A stretch of 64,000 nucleotides of DNA from Marivivens sp. (GCA_024642115.1 JAHEBU010000012.1:34383-98382), one strand, 5' to 3'. Positions 8,962 to 16,976 are shown, counted from the first letter of the stretch. Made by a program: numbers and translations. The notes: generated by a model not told the origin, from the sequence alone.

Positions 8962-9510
8962 ATGAGCCTCAACGACCAGACCCCCGACATCGTCATCGCA
9001 TCGATCAAGGCAAACCGCACCCGCTTTACGCGGCTGGGCTATGTCCTGATATTCATCGGGGTGCTTGCCATCCTGTTTCCCTTGGTGGCCAGTATCGCCG
9101 CCAAACTGATGGTTGGCTGGTTCTTTCTGCTGATCGGGGCAACGGTGCTTTATCATGCCTTCGAAACGCGCGACTGGCAGTCCACGGTATGGAACGCGCT
9201 TATCGGCCTGCTCAACCTGTCGGTTGGGGTCTATCTGGCCTTGTTTCCGATGACTGGGCTTGTTGGGCTGACCCTGCTGGCCGGGATGATGTTTCTGGCC
9301 CAGGGCGTGTTCGAAGGAACCATCGCCTTGCAACACCGGCCCCGTCAGGGGTGGGTCTGGCTGGCGCTGAGCGGTCTGGCCTCGGTCATTCTGGGGGTCA
9401 TGCTGATCGCCGGTCTGCCGGGAACCGCTCTCTGGGCGCTTGGCATGCTCTTGGGGCTGAACGCCCTGACGTCAGGGATGTCGTTCATCGCACTTGCCCG
9501 GTCCGTCTAG
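8962..9510 (+). CDS. hdeD: HdeD-family (DUF308) membrane protein
   Basis: 182 aa with six hydrophobic helices in the repeated DUF308-type pattern (LLIGATVLYHAF, LSGLASVILGVMLI). Confidence 0.7.
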   Translation: MSLNDQTPDIVIASIKANRTRFTRLGYVLIFIGVLAILFPLVASIAAKLMVGWFFLLIGATVLYHAFETRDWQSTVWNALIGLLNLSVGVYLALFPMTGLVGLTLLAGMMFLAQGVFEGTIALQHRPRQGWVWLALSGLASVILGVMLIAGLPGTALWALGMLLGLNALTSGMSFIALARSV

Positions 9511-9745
9511 GACCGGGATGCTGCGGGGTGGCGGGAACCGCGGCAACCGTGGGCGTGATATTCCCGAGGACCTGTGTATACAGGTGGGCGCCAGATAACC
9601 TGACCAGGGCCAGGACAGAGCCAGCTCCCTCGGATTTGCTTAAGGCCACTGGAATTTGACGCTTGTCACAAGAGGGGCAGAAACCCGCCGAAGCAACAGG
9701 TAGGCCCGACACGCCCCTCGCGCAAGGGGGATCGTGTTGGCAGAC

Positions 9746-9910
9746 TTATTCAGCGCGGCCCGTGTCCAGCAGCCAGCCGCCTTCGCCCACCACGCTTTCC
9801 GGCAAAAGATAGAGCGCCCGTTCGATGACGGCCACCACGATCAAGGCCAGGCAGATCTGGAAGAACGTGACACCGGCGAAGATCGACAGGATATGTGCGA
9901 GAAGGGTCAT
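9746..9910 (-). CDS. Unlisted small ORF, 54-aa single-TM peptide
   Basis: Hand translation gives MTLLAHILSIFAGVTFFQICLALIVVAVIERALYLLPESVVGEGGWLLDTGRAE, ending at TAA 9746-9748. A GGAG lies 8 nt upstream of the ATG. It is below the 60-aa cut-off of the ORF track. Confidence 0.35.
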   Translation of the reverse strand: MTLLAHILSIFAGVTFFQICLALIVVAVIERALYLLPESVVGEGGWLLDTGRAE

Positions 9911-10058
9911 CGGGGCAGCTCCGTAACAATTTGCAAGAAATGTTTCGCCAATCCTCGTGTTCTAAAAATGGCGAATTCGCCTGAAATTGCGGTTTGACCC
10001 CACGTCAGTTGCCGCAGTCTTGCCCCAATTCACACCGGATTTGGCCATCTTGACCGAT

Positions 10059-10073
10059 GTTCACCAATTGTTC
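10059..10073 (+). promoter_or_regulatory. Alphaproteobacterial LexA (SOS) box GTTC-N7-GTTC
   Basis: GTTCACCAATTGTTC is an exact match to the direct-repeat operator type. It sits 12 nt upstream of the mmcB ATG. Confidence 0.5.
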
Positions 10074-10084
10074 ATAGTTTCACC

Positions 10085-10558
10085 ATGCCTGACGACGTTC
10101 TTCATGCCGACGGATTGGACCGTCTTATGCCTGGCCAACGGCTGGCGCGCGGGGTGGCGCGGCATCTGTTGAGTCATGATTTCGTCAGCGTCGAGGAATT
10201 GACCCCATCCCCGGGCCTTCGGGTGGACCTGATGGCGCTGGGCCCCAAGGGCGAAGTCTGGGTGATCGAATGCAAATCCAGCCGGGCCGATTTTCAATCC
10301 GACCATAAATGGCAGGGCTATCTGGAGTGGTGCGACCGATTCTTCTGGGCGGTCGATGCAGATTTCCCGACCGAACTTTTGCCCGACGAGACGGGGTTGA
10401 TCGTGGCCGATGCTTATGACGCCGAAATATTGCGGATCGGGCCAGAGTCAAAGTTGCCCGGCGTCCGGCGCAAGGTCATGATGCAGAAATTCGCCCGCCA
10501 CGCGGCAATCCGGGCACATCAGGCCCGTGATCCGGGGCTTACTTTCGTCTGGGGCTAG
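10085..10558 (+). CDS. mmcB: MmcB-family DNA repair nuclease (PD-(D/E)xK fold)
   Basis: VDLMALGPKGEVWVIECKSSRADF supplies a D...ExK motif. The 157-aa size and overall sequence are typical of MmcB/DUF1052. Confidence 0.8.
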   Translation: MPDDVLHADGLDRLMPGQRLARGVARHLLSHDFVSVEELTPSPGLRVDLMALGPKGEVWVIECKSSRADFQSDHKWQGYLEWCDRFFWAVDADFPTELLPDETGLIVADAYDAEILRIGPESKLPGVRRKVMMQKFARHAAIRAHQARDPGLTFVWG

Positions 10559-10748
10559 CGGGCTTGCCCACCGCGCGGGCGGCCTGGGCGGCGGCGCGGA
10601 TTTCTTCGGCAATCTCTTCGGCCTCTTCGGGCTCGAAATCCATCGGGATCTCGATCCCGTTGCCTTCGATGAAGATGCGGACCATGCCGAGGCTCGTAGG
10701 GCCGATCTGCATGTTCGCCTCGATGTCGCGTTCGGTGTCGATGCCCAT
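10539..10748 (-). CDS. Small acidic hypothetical protein (69 aa)
   Basis: The ORF has good codon bias. It overlaps the mmcB 3' end convergently by 20 nt. No motif recognised. Confidence 0.5.
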   Translation of the reverse strand: MGIDTERDIEANMQIGPTSLGMVRIFIEGNGIEIPMDFEPEEAEEIAEEIRAAAQAARAVGKPASPRRK

Positions 10749-10812
10749 GACGGCCTCCTGCTGCTGTGACGGGATTATCCCGGCCCGGGCTTGATTGGCA
10801 AGAGGGAGGGGG

Positions 10813-10832
10813 CGGCGGGTTGAAACCCGCCG
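10813..10832. repeat. Palindromic repeat copy, variant (CGGCGGGTT-GA-AACCCGCCG)
   Basis: 9+9 inverted repeat forming the left terminus of the composite element. Confidence 0.6.
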
Positions 10833-10866
10833 TCACAGGGGTCCTTGCCCTTCACCTTGCCAAAAC

Positions 10867-10920
10867 AACTCCCGCCGGAGGCTCCCGGACCCGCGCCAGG
10901 AGCCTCCGGCGGGAGTTTTT
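10867..10920 (+). terminator. Strong hairpin with T-run (intrinsic-terminator-like), internal to the composite element
   Basis: 10867-10885 AACTCCCGCCGGAGGCTCC pairs perfectly with 10899-10917. It is followed by TTTTT and preceded by an A-rich run. No + strand gene ends immediately upstream, so a terminator function is uncertain. Confidence 0.45.
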
Positions 10921-10950
10921 CAGACCAAAGAAGCTAGGGGCAGACTGTTC

Positions 10951-10968
10951 GGTGGGTTTCAACCCACC
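10951..10968. repeat. Palindromic repeat copy (GGTGGGTT-TC-AACCCACC)
   Basis: 8+8 inverted repeat forming the right terminus of the composite element. Confidence 0.7.
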
Positions 10969-11056
10969 GCCCCCTCCCGTCGCTTGAGAAACTGGCGCGG
11001 GCAAACTCCATCGCTCTTGCAATCGCCCCCCCTTGCGGCTAATCCCCCTGCCACGT

Positions 11057-11133
11057 GCCGCCTTAGCTCAGTTGGTTAGAGCGCTGGATTGTGGATCCAG
11101 AGGTCCCCTGTTCAAGCCAGGGAGGCGGTACCA
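11057..11133 (+). tRNA. tRNA-His (anticodon GTG)
   Basis: Cloverleaf folded by hand. Acceptor GCCGCCT/AGGCGGT, D-arm GCTC..GAGC, anticodon arm CTGGA-TTGTGGA-TCCAG, T-arm CCCTG-TTCAAGC-CAGGG, A73 and an encoded CCA. Confidence 0.93.
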
Positions 11134-11214
11134 TTTGCCAAAGATCGCCTCCCGCGTCAGGCTGGTGTCAGTCAGGCCCGGCACTGGTGTGACGGGACGA
11201 GGCAGGACGACCAG

Positions 11215-12237
11215 ATGCAGGATTACAAGGCCATCGCGCTGACCGCCGCGATCTCGGCGCTGGGGGTGACGATTTTTGCCGGGTTGCACCTCCCATTGCC
11301 GTTTTTGCTGGGGCCGATGCTGGGCTGTCTGGTGGCGGCTTTGGCAGGGGTTGGGCTGCGCGGTGCGCCGCGGGCCAGTACCGTCATGCGCACGATTCTG
11401 GGCGTGGCCGTAGGGGCGTCGATCACACCTGCCCTGTTTCACCGGCTCCCACAGATGGCCGCCAGCCTCGCGCTGATGCCGTTTTTGGTGCTGGCGATCG
11501 GGGCGGTGGGCTATCCGTTGTTTCGCCGGGTCTTTGGGTTCGACCACGCCACCAGCTATTACGCCGCCATGCCCGGCGGTTTGCAGGACATGCTGGTCTT
11601 TGGCGAAGAGGCGGGTGGAGACATCCGCGCCCTTGGCCTCATCCATGCCACGCGCGTCTTGCTGATCGTCACGGCCCTTCCGGTGTTCTTTGCCTATGTG
11701 CTGGGGGTGGACATGAGCCGCGCGCCCGGCCTGCCTGCCGCCGACATTCCGCTGATGGAACTGGGACTGATGGCACTGATCGCCATCCTGGGATGGAAAA
11801 TCGCCGCCCGGGTGGGTTTGTTCGGGGCCTCTATCCTTGGTCCCCTGATTCTGGCTGCTTTTGCCAGTCTTGCCGGTGTGATCGAACATCGCCCTCCGGC
11901 CGAGGCGATCTATGCCGCGCAGTTCTTCATCGGCTTTTCGGTGGGGGTGAAATATTCCGGGATCACCTGGCCCGAAATCAGGCGCGATGTGGGGGCAGGG
12001 GTCGGCTATACCGTCCTGATCCTTCTCATTGCCATCGGTTTTGCATCGGCGGCGATCTGGCTGGGGCTGGTGCCCAAGATCGAGGGGCTCTTGGCCTTTT
12101 CCCCAGGTGGGCAGGCGGAAATGGCCGTGCTGGCCATCGTGGCCGGGGGGGACGTCGCCTTTGTGGTGGCGCATCACCTGATCCGCATTGTGATCGTCAT
12201 CATTGGCGCGCCCATGGTGGCGCGACTGCTGCGCTAG
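11215..12237 (+). CDS. AbrB-family (AmoA-like duplicated) integral membrane protein
   Basis: The 340-aa polytopic protein has two similar halves. The internal ATG at 11215 avoids overlap with tRNA-His, whereas the listed ORF start at 11089 lies inside the tRNA. Confidence 0.7.
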   Translation: MQDYKAIALTAAISALGVTIFAGLHLPLPFLLGPMLGCLVAALAGVGLRGAPRASTVMRTILGVAVGASITPALFHRLPQMAASLALMPFLVLAIGAVGYPLFRRVFGFDHATSYYAAMPGGLQDMLVFGEEAGGDIRALGLIHATRVLLIVTALPVFFAYVLGVDMSRAPGLPAADIPLMELGLMALIAILGWKIAARVGLFGASILGPLILAAFASLAGVIEHRPPAEAIYAAQFFIGFSVGVKYSGITWPEIRRDVGAGVGYTVLILLIAIGFASAAIWLGLVPKIEGLLAFSPGGQAEMAVLAIVAGGDVAFVVAHHLIRIVIVIIGAPMVARLLR

Positions 12238-12261
12238 GCGGTCAGGAATCTTCTCCGAATA

Positions 12262-12564
12262 TCAGGCGACCTCGATTTCCGCGACCAGCGGCCCCCATCC
12301 GGCGCCGTGCATGTCGCGGTCGGACACGGTGCCTTGAATGGCGGGGCGGGGCAGGCTGAACTTGATCACGTTCAGGTCCGGAATGTCGAAGCGTTTCACC
12401 GTCCGCGCCGACACATGGAACAGCGACGCGATCTGGTCGACGTCAACCCCCCGAGCCACCCGTTCAAAGACCGAGGGCGACCCGCAAAAGATGTCGATGG
12501 TCAGCCAGAACGGCCCCGCGTTCTTGGTCCGGACCTTGTCCACGATGGACCCCAGCTCAGACAT
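12262..12564 (-). CDS. DUF4387-family protein (small partner of AtuA-like proteins)
   Basis: 100 aa. The KNAGPFWLTIDIFC and FSLPRP motifs are typical of DUF4387. It overlaps the upstream AtuA-like gene by 8 nt. Confidence 0.75.
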   Translation of the reverse strand: MSELGSIVDKVRTKNAGPFWLTIDIFCGSPSVFERVARGVDVDQIASLFHVSARTVKRFDIPDLNVIKFSLPRPAIQGTVSDRDMHGAGWGPLVAEIEVA

Positions 12565-13909
12565 CGCTGACCTCGAGCGTGAACGCCTCCATCGGGTCGG
12601 ACAGGGTCATGACGTGGTTCAGGCAGAACTCCCACGCTGCGCCCCGGTCAATCTCGGCCGGGGAAAAGGGGAAGGCAAAGGTGGGCATTTCCTCTTCGTC
12701 GGTCAATCCGTGGTGCAGCAGGAGGGGGTTGATCATCTTGGCGATCTCGCCCGCGCGGGCTTGGCTTTCGGCGGTCACGATGGCCAAAACGCCGACCTCG
12801 GTCGGGGTCACATGCCGCGCCTCGACAACACCCAGTGTCGCATCGACGCCAATAAGGCGCAATTCCACCGTGAAATCTGCATCGGTCAGGCCCATCCGGT
12901 CGCGCACGCGGGCGGCATGGCGGGCCTGAATGTCGTCGCACCATGCCCGGATATTTTCCACATATCGCCGGTCGCGCACCAGTGTCAGCAGGATCGTCTG
13001 ATACCCCGCGATCCGCGCGCCCTCCAGCTTGACGGTGTACCGCTCGGATGGATGCCAGACCGACCCCTCCCCGCGCACGCGGGTCGCGTCCAGAGCGGTA
13101 TATCGGGTGCGGGTCACGTCCAGATGGCCGCCCGGTTCATACAGGATGAAGGGGTCAGAGTTTTCATAAAGCATGTGCGCCGACACCGTATGCGGCGTGC
13201 AGCGGGCGCCCTTGGCCAGCGGTTCAACGGTAAACCCGGTGGCGTCGGTGTCGATCTGGATGACCCCCGATTGCGGCATGGTGGAACACAGCGACCCACA
13301 TTCCCCGATCTTGGCTGAATGCCACGCGGCGCCCGCATCATCGCCACGCATCAGGGGCAGGGCGGCGATGATGGCCGTGTCTGTTGTGCGCCCCGCAATG
13401 ACGATGTCGGCACCGGTGTTCAGACAGGCAGCGATCTGTTCGGCCCCGGCCAGCGCCACGATATTGGTGCAGCTGTCGATCACGGCGTCGTCGATGGGTG
13501 GGGCCGCGGGCAGGGGGGTCACGCCGCCCGCGGCCAGTGCCGCCTTGATCCGCTCGGCACTTTGCCCCGATTTCAGGACCGCGATCTTGGCGTGCAGGCC
13601 CTGTTCGGCCAGAATCTCGACCGTGATGTCATAGAGCCAGTCAACCGTGCTGTCCGCCCCGCAGGTTCCCGCCGTGCCGATTACCAGCGGACAGCCTGCC
13701 TTGGCCCGGGCCGCGATCAGCCCCGCCCACTCCGCCTTGGTCGAGGCGCGGGCGTATTTCGACACCCCCCGCCCAAGATAAGAGGGCCCACTGTCCGTGG
13801 ACCCTCCATCAATGGCGATCAGATCAGGTTTGGCGGCGATCCCCCGCGCCAGAGCGTCCGGGTCATAGCCCAGACCCAGGGCGCCTGCGGGGATCAGAAC
13901 GCGGGTCAT
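12557..13909 (-). CDS. AtuA-like (DUF1446, acyclic terpene utilisation family) protein, function unknown
   Basis: 450 aa. N-terminus MTRVLIPAGALGLGYD...DGGSTDSGPSYLG is as in the AtuA family. It is separated by 1 nt from the tctA stop. Confidence 0.8.
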   Translation of the reverse strand: MTRVLIPAGALGLGYDPDALARGIAAKPDLIAIDGGSTDSGPSYLGRGVSKYARASTKAEWAGLIAARAKAGCPLVIGTAGTCGADSTVDWLYDITVEILAEQGLHAKIAVLKSGQSAERIKAALAAGGVTPLPAAPPIDDAVIDSCTNIVALAGAEQIAACLNTGADIVIAGRTTDTAIIAALPLMRGDDAGAAWHSAKIGECGSLCSTMPQSGVIQIDTDATGFTVEPLAKGARCTPHTVSAHMLYENSDPFILYEPGGHLDVTRTRYTALDATRVRGEGSVWHPSERYTVKLEGARIAGYQTILLTLVRDRRYVENIRAWCDDIQARHAARVRDRMGLTDADFTVELRLIGVDATLGVVEARHVTPTEVGVLAIVTAESQARAGEIAKMINPLLLHHGLTDEEEMPTFAFPFSPAEIDRGAAWEFCLNHVMTLSDPMEAFTLEVSDV

Positions 13910-13910
13910 G

Positions 13911-15416
13911 TCAGTCCTCGACCATCTGGGGTTTCTTCAGAACCTTGCGCAGGAACATCGGCGCGACAAAGCCCAGCACCGCCGCCACCCACAACACGGC
14001 AGCGATGGGCGACGAGAACAGATAGGTCCACTCGCCCCCCGACAGGGTCATCGCATGACGCAGGTTGTTTTCCATCTGATAGCCCAGAAGGATACCCAGA
14101 ATGACCGGCACCGTGGGTATGTCCATCTTGCGGAATGCCCAGCCCATGACACCAAAGGCGATCATGAGGACCAGATCAAAGTAGCTGCCCGACAGCGAAT
14201 AGATCCCCACAAAGGAAATCATCGTCACCCCCGGCAACAGCACCGCAGGCGGCACCATCAGGATGCGCACGAAAATCTTGACCATCGGCACGTTCATGAG
14301 AAGCAGGACAAAGTTGGCGATCAGAAGCGAAGCGATCAGCCCCCAGATCACGTCCGGCCGGTCGCGGAACAGCGTCGGGCCGGGGGTGATGTTCAGCGTC
14401 ATCAGAACCGCTAGCAAAACGGCCGTGGTCCCCGATCCCGGCACGCCAAGGGTCAGCATCGGCACCAGCGCGCCACCAGCGGCGGCGTTGTTGCCCGCTT
14501 CGGGGGCGGCCACACCTTTCGGCACGCCAGTCCCAAAACCGCCCTTTTCCCCCGCGATACCCTTTTCCATCATGTAGGTCATGAACGACCCCAGCGAGGC
14601 GCCCGCCCCGGGCAGGATGCCCGCTATGAACCCCACGATGGACGACCGGATCATCGTCCACTTGGTATCCCACAAATCCTTCCATGGGATCGTCACCTTG
14701 CCCAGCTTGACGCCGACGGCGGTGTCCTTGCCGTGGGTTTCGATGAAATAGAACACCTCGGACACGGCGAACAATCCGACGATGGCGACCAGGAAATCGA
14801 CCCCGTCCGCCAGATGCAGGTTACCCCCGGTGAACCGGGTGAACCCTGAATTGTTGTCCAGCCCGATCAGGGCGATGGCCAGACCGATAAAGGCCGCCAG
14901 CGCCGATTTGGCCTGATTGTTCGACGCCATCCCGCCCAGCGTGGCGAACGCGAGGGCATAGAGGGCGAAATATTCGGCCGGCCCGAATTTATAGGCGATC
15001 CGCGCCAGATAGGGGGCGACAAGCGCCAGCGCTATGGTCGCCAGCAAGGCCCCCACGAACGAGGCGACACCGGAAATCACCAGCGCATCGCCCGCGCGGC
15101 CGTTCTTGGCCATCGGGTATCCATCAAGCGTGGTCATCATCGCGGGTTCGTCCCCCGGAATGTTGAGCAGGATCGACGAAATCCGCCCGCCATACATCGC
15201 CCCGTAATAGACCGAGGTGAGCAGGACGAGGGCGGCGGTGGCATCCAGCCCCATGGAAAATGTGATCGGGATCAGGATGGCGACCCCGTTCGACGGGCCC
15301 AGCCCCGGCAACGCGCCGATGATCGTGCCCAGAAAGCAGCCGATCACGGCCAGCATCAGGGTGAAAGGGCTCAGCGCGATGCCAAAGCCCAGCGCGAGGT
15401 TGGAAAAGATGTCCAT
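13911..15416 (-). CDS. tctA: Tripartite tricarboxylate transporter, large permease TctA
   Basis: 501-aa polytopic protein with TctA-like sequence (LPGLGPSNGVAILIP, GYPMAK). Confidence 0.9.
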   Translation of the reverse strand: MDIFSNLALGFGIALSPFTLMLAVIGCFLGTIIGALPGLGPSNGVAILIPITFSMGLDATAALVLLTSVYYGAMYGGRISSILLNIPGDEPAMMTTLDGYPMAKNGRAGDALVISGVASFVGALLATIALALVAPYLARIAYKFGPAEYFALYALAFATLGGMASNNQAKSALAAFIGLAIALIGLDNNSGFTRFTGGNLHLADGVDFLVAIVGLFAVSEVFYFIETHGKDTAVGVKLGKVTIPWKDLWDTKWTMIRSSIVGFIAGILPGAGASLGSFMTYMMEKGIAGEKGGFGTGVPKGVAAPEAGNNAAAGGALVPMLTLGVPGSGTTAVLLAVLMTLNITPGPTLFRDRPDVIWGLIASLLIANFVLLLMNVPMVKIFVRILMVPPAVLLPGVTMISFVGIYSLSGSYFDLVLMIAFGVMGWAFRKMDIPTVPVILGILLGYQMENNLRHAMTLSGGEWTYLFSSPIAAVLWVAAVLGFVAPMFLRKVLKKPQMVED

Positions 15417-15426
15417 GTGCTATTCC

Positions 15427-15867
15427 TCAGCCCATCAGGCTGCGCGGCAGGGCGAACAGGCTCAGACCCAGACCGTATTTGAAAATGACGAACAAACCGA
15501 CCGACAGACCGATCCCGGTCAGGACGGCGGTCGTGGGCTTGGGGCTGATCTGAAAACTCAGCACACCTGCGGCAATTGCCGTGGGCAACAGAAACCCCAG
15601 CGGTTTGAGCGTGTAGGCATAGGCAATCAGCACCACCGTCGCCAGCACCAGCGCCAGAATGGTCTTTATATCCGGCCAGCCGGGTTCCGGATCGGGGCGA
15701 AAGGCCACGAAAAAGGCGGAAATCGCCAGACCAGCGCCCACGATGATGGGAAAGGCCTTCGGCCCCAGCTTGTCAAAGATGTTTCCGGCCGGAAGGTTCA
15801 TGGCGCTCGCGATAAACGCGAGCGCCACTAGGATCACGACCACTCCGAAGATGCGGTCGGTTTTCAT
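15427..15867 (-). CDS. tctB: Tripartite tricarboxylate transporter, small subunit TctB
   Basis: 146 aa with 4 TM helices. The internal ATG at 15867 overlaps the tctC TGA (TGATG). The listed longer ORF would overlap tctC. Confidence 0.75.
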   Translation of the reverse strand: MKTDRIFGVVVILVALAFIASAMNLPAGNIFDKLGPKAFPIIVGAGLAISAFFVAFRPDPEPGWPDIKTILALVLATVVLIAYAYTLKPLGFLLPTAIAAGVLSFQISPKPTTAVLTGIGLSVGLFVIFKYGLGLSLFALPRSLMG

Positions 15868-16829
15868 CACTGGATCACGCCGATCTCTTTGGACAGTTCC
15901 GTCGTGTCCACGATCACCTGATCGACCCAGGCCTGGAAATCGGGGCCGACTTTGGTGAACGGAGCAAGTCCGTTGTCGGCCATCGCCTGCTTCCACTCGT
16001 CGCTGTCGGCGACCGCTTGCAGCTTTTCAGCCCAGGCGTTGAACTCGTCGTCCGAAATGCCGCCGGGGACATACAGACCGCGCCAGTTCACGGCGACCAC
16101 ATCATAGCCCTGTTCGCGGGCGGTGGGGATCTGGTCAAAGCCTGGCACCCGCTCTTCGGTCAGAACGGCCAGCGCGCGCACGTCGCCCGAATTGATGAAA
16201 CCCACGATTTCCGACATGTCGCCGGTCATGGCTTGGGTAAAGCCACCGATGGTCTGGGTGATCGCATCTGCGCCACCGTCCACACCGATATACTTGATCG
16301 CCCCGATATCGGTGAACCCAGCGGCCTTCATCACCTGAAGCGGCTTCATGTGGTCAAAGCCACCCGCAGCCGAACCACCGGCAAAAGCGACCGACGACGG
16401 GTCGGCCTTGATCGCCTCGACCAGATCGCTCAGCGTCTGGAACGGGCTGTCCTTGGCCACCACGATCACGCCCGGATCGGCACCGATGGCGCCAACCCAG
16501 CGCACCTGATCGGCGGTCGCATCGCCAAACGCCTTTTGCGCCAGACGGGTGGTCGTGGCGGACGAGGCGGCGACGATCAGATCGGCATCGGTGTTGCGTT
16601 CATTCACGACGGTCGAAAAGGCAAGGCCGCCACCGGCGCCCGCCATGTTGGTCACCTGAACGGGCGACGACACCTGACCGATGTCGAACAGGATCTTGCC
16701 AACCTGACGGCAGGTGAAATCCCAACCGCCGCCGGGGTTGGCGGGGGCAATACATTCGGTGGCAAAGGCGCTGCCTGCGGCCACGGTCAAGGCGGCGCTG
16801 GCCAGCAGCGTGCGAAGGGTCGTTGTCAT
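15867..16829 (-). CDS. tctC: Tripartite tricarboxylate transporter substrate-binding protein TctC (Bug family)
   Basis: The ATG at 16829 is preceded by GGAGG with a 5-nt spacer. Signal peptide MTTTLRTLLASAALTVAAGSAFA. Bug/TctC-like body. Confidence 0.9.
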   Translation of the reverse strand: MTTTLRTLLASAALTVAAGSAFATECIAPANPGGGWDFTCRQVGKILFDIGQVSSPVQVTNMAGAGGGLAFSTVVNERNTDADLIVAASSATTTRLAQKAFGDATADQVRWVGAIGADPGVIVVAKDSPFQTLSDLVEAIKADPSSVAFAGGSAAGGFDHMKPLQVMKAAGFTDIGAIKYIGVDGGADAITQTIGGFTQAMTGDMSEIVGFINSGDVRALAVLTEERVPGFDQIPTAREQGYDVVAVNWRGLYVPGGISDDEFNAWAEKLQAVADSDEWKQAMADNGLAPFTKVGPDFQAWVDQVIVDTTELSKEIGVIQ

Positions 16830-16922
16830 GATGTCCTCCCAGACATTTGTTTTGTCGTGCGGGGGAACGGGCCTCCTCAGGCACCGGATGCTCCCCTTGC
16901 GTCGGGCAGACTTGGGCGGCAA

Positions 16923-16940
16923 CCTGACATCAGCCTGACA
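16923..16940. promoter_or_regulatory. Direct repeat CCTGACA-N4-CCTGACA (11-bp phasing), candidate OmpR/PhoB-family (TctD) binding site
   Basis: Read from the tctC-tctD divergent intergenic region. On the other strand it reads TGTCAGG-N4-TGTCAGG, resembling Pho-box architecture. Confidence 0.3.
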
Positions 16941-16976
16941 CGTTTTGGTCAGTTTGCCGAAAAAAGGGGCAGATGG

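Larger units (their letters stand above)
10801..10980. repeat. MITE-like composite element: about 30-bp terminal inverted repeats flanking a 19-bp-stem hairpin
   Basis: The left end GGGAGGGGGCGGCGGGTTGAAACCC equals the reverse complement of the right end GGGTTTCAACCCACCGCCCCCTCCC except for one base. Each end carries a copy of the palindrome family. No coding capacity is evident. Confidence 0.6.

Noticed and set aside
9645-9652. GCCACTGG, resembling the B12-box core, in the 235-nt gap after hdeD
   Set aside because: The other conserved cobalamin-riboswitch segments are absent on either strand or in the wrong order, and no B12-related gene lies downstream. It is probably a chance match.
10766-11079. 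ORFs 10766-10987 and 10795-11079 inside the repeat element
   Set aside because: They are read-through of palindromic repeat DNA and run into tRNA-His. There is no RBS, and the Arg/Pro/Gly-rich products look spurious.
16017-16976. N-terminal 320 codons of the 541-aa ORF that ends as tctD, and the N-terminal part of the 542-aa ORF (16830-17495, minus strand) that ends as tctC
   Set aside because: Each extension is antisense to the other real gene. Proper starts with an RBS exist (GTG 16977, ATG 16829), and the signal peptide or receiver domain begins exactly there.
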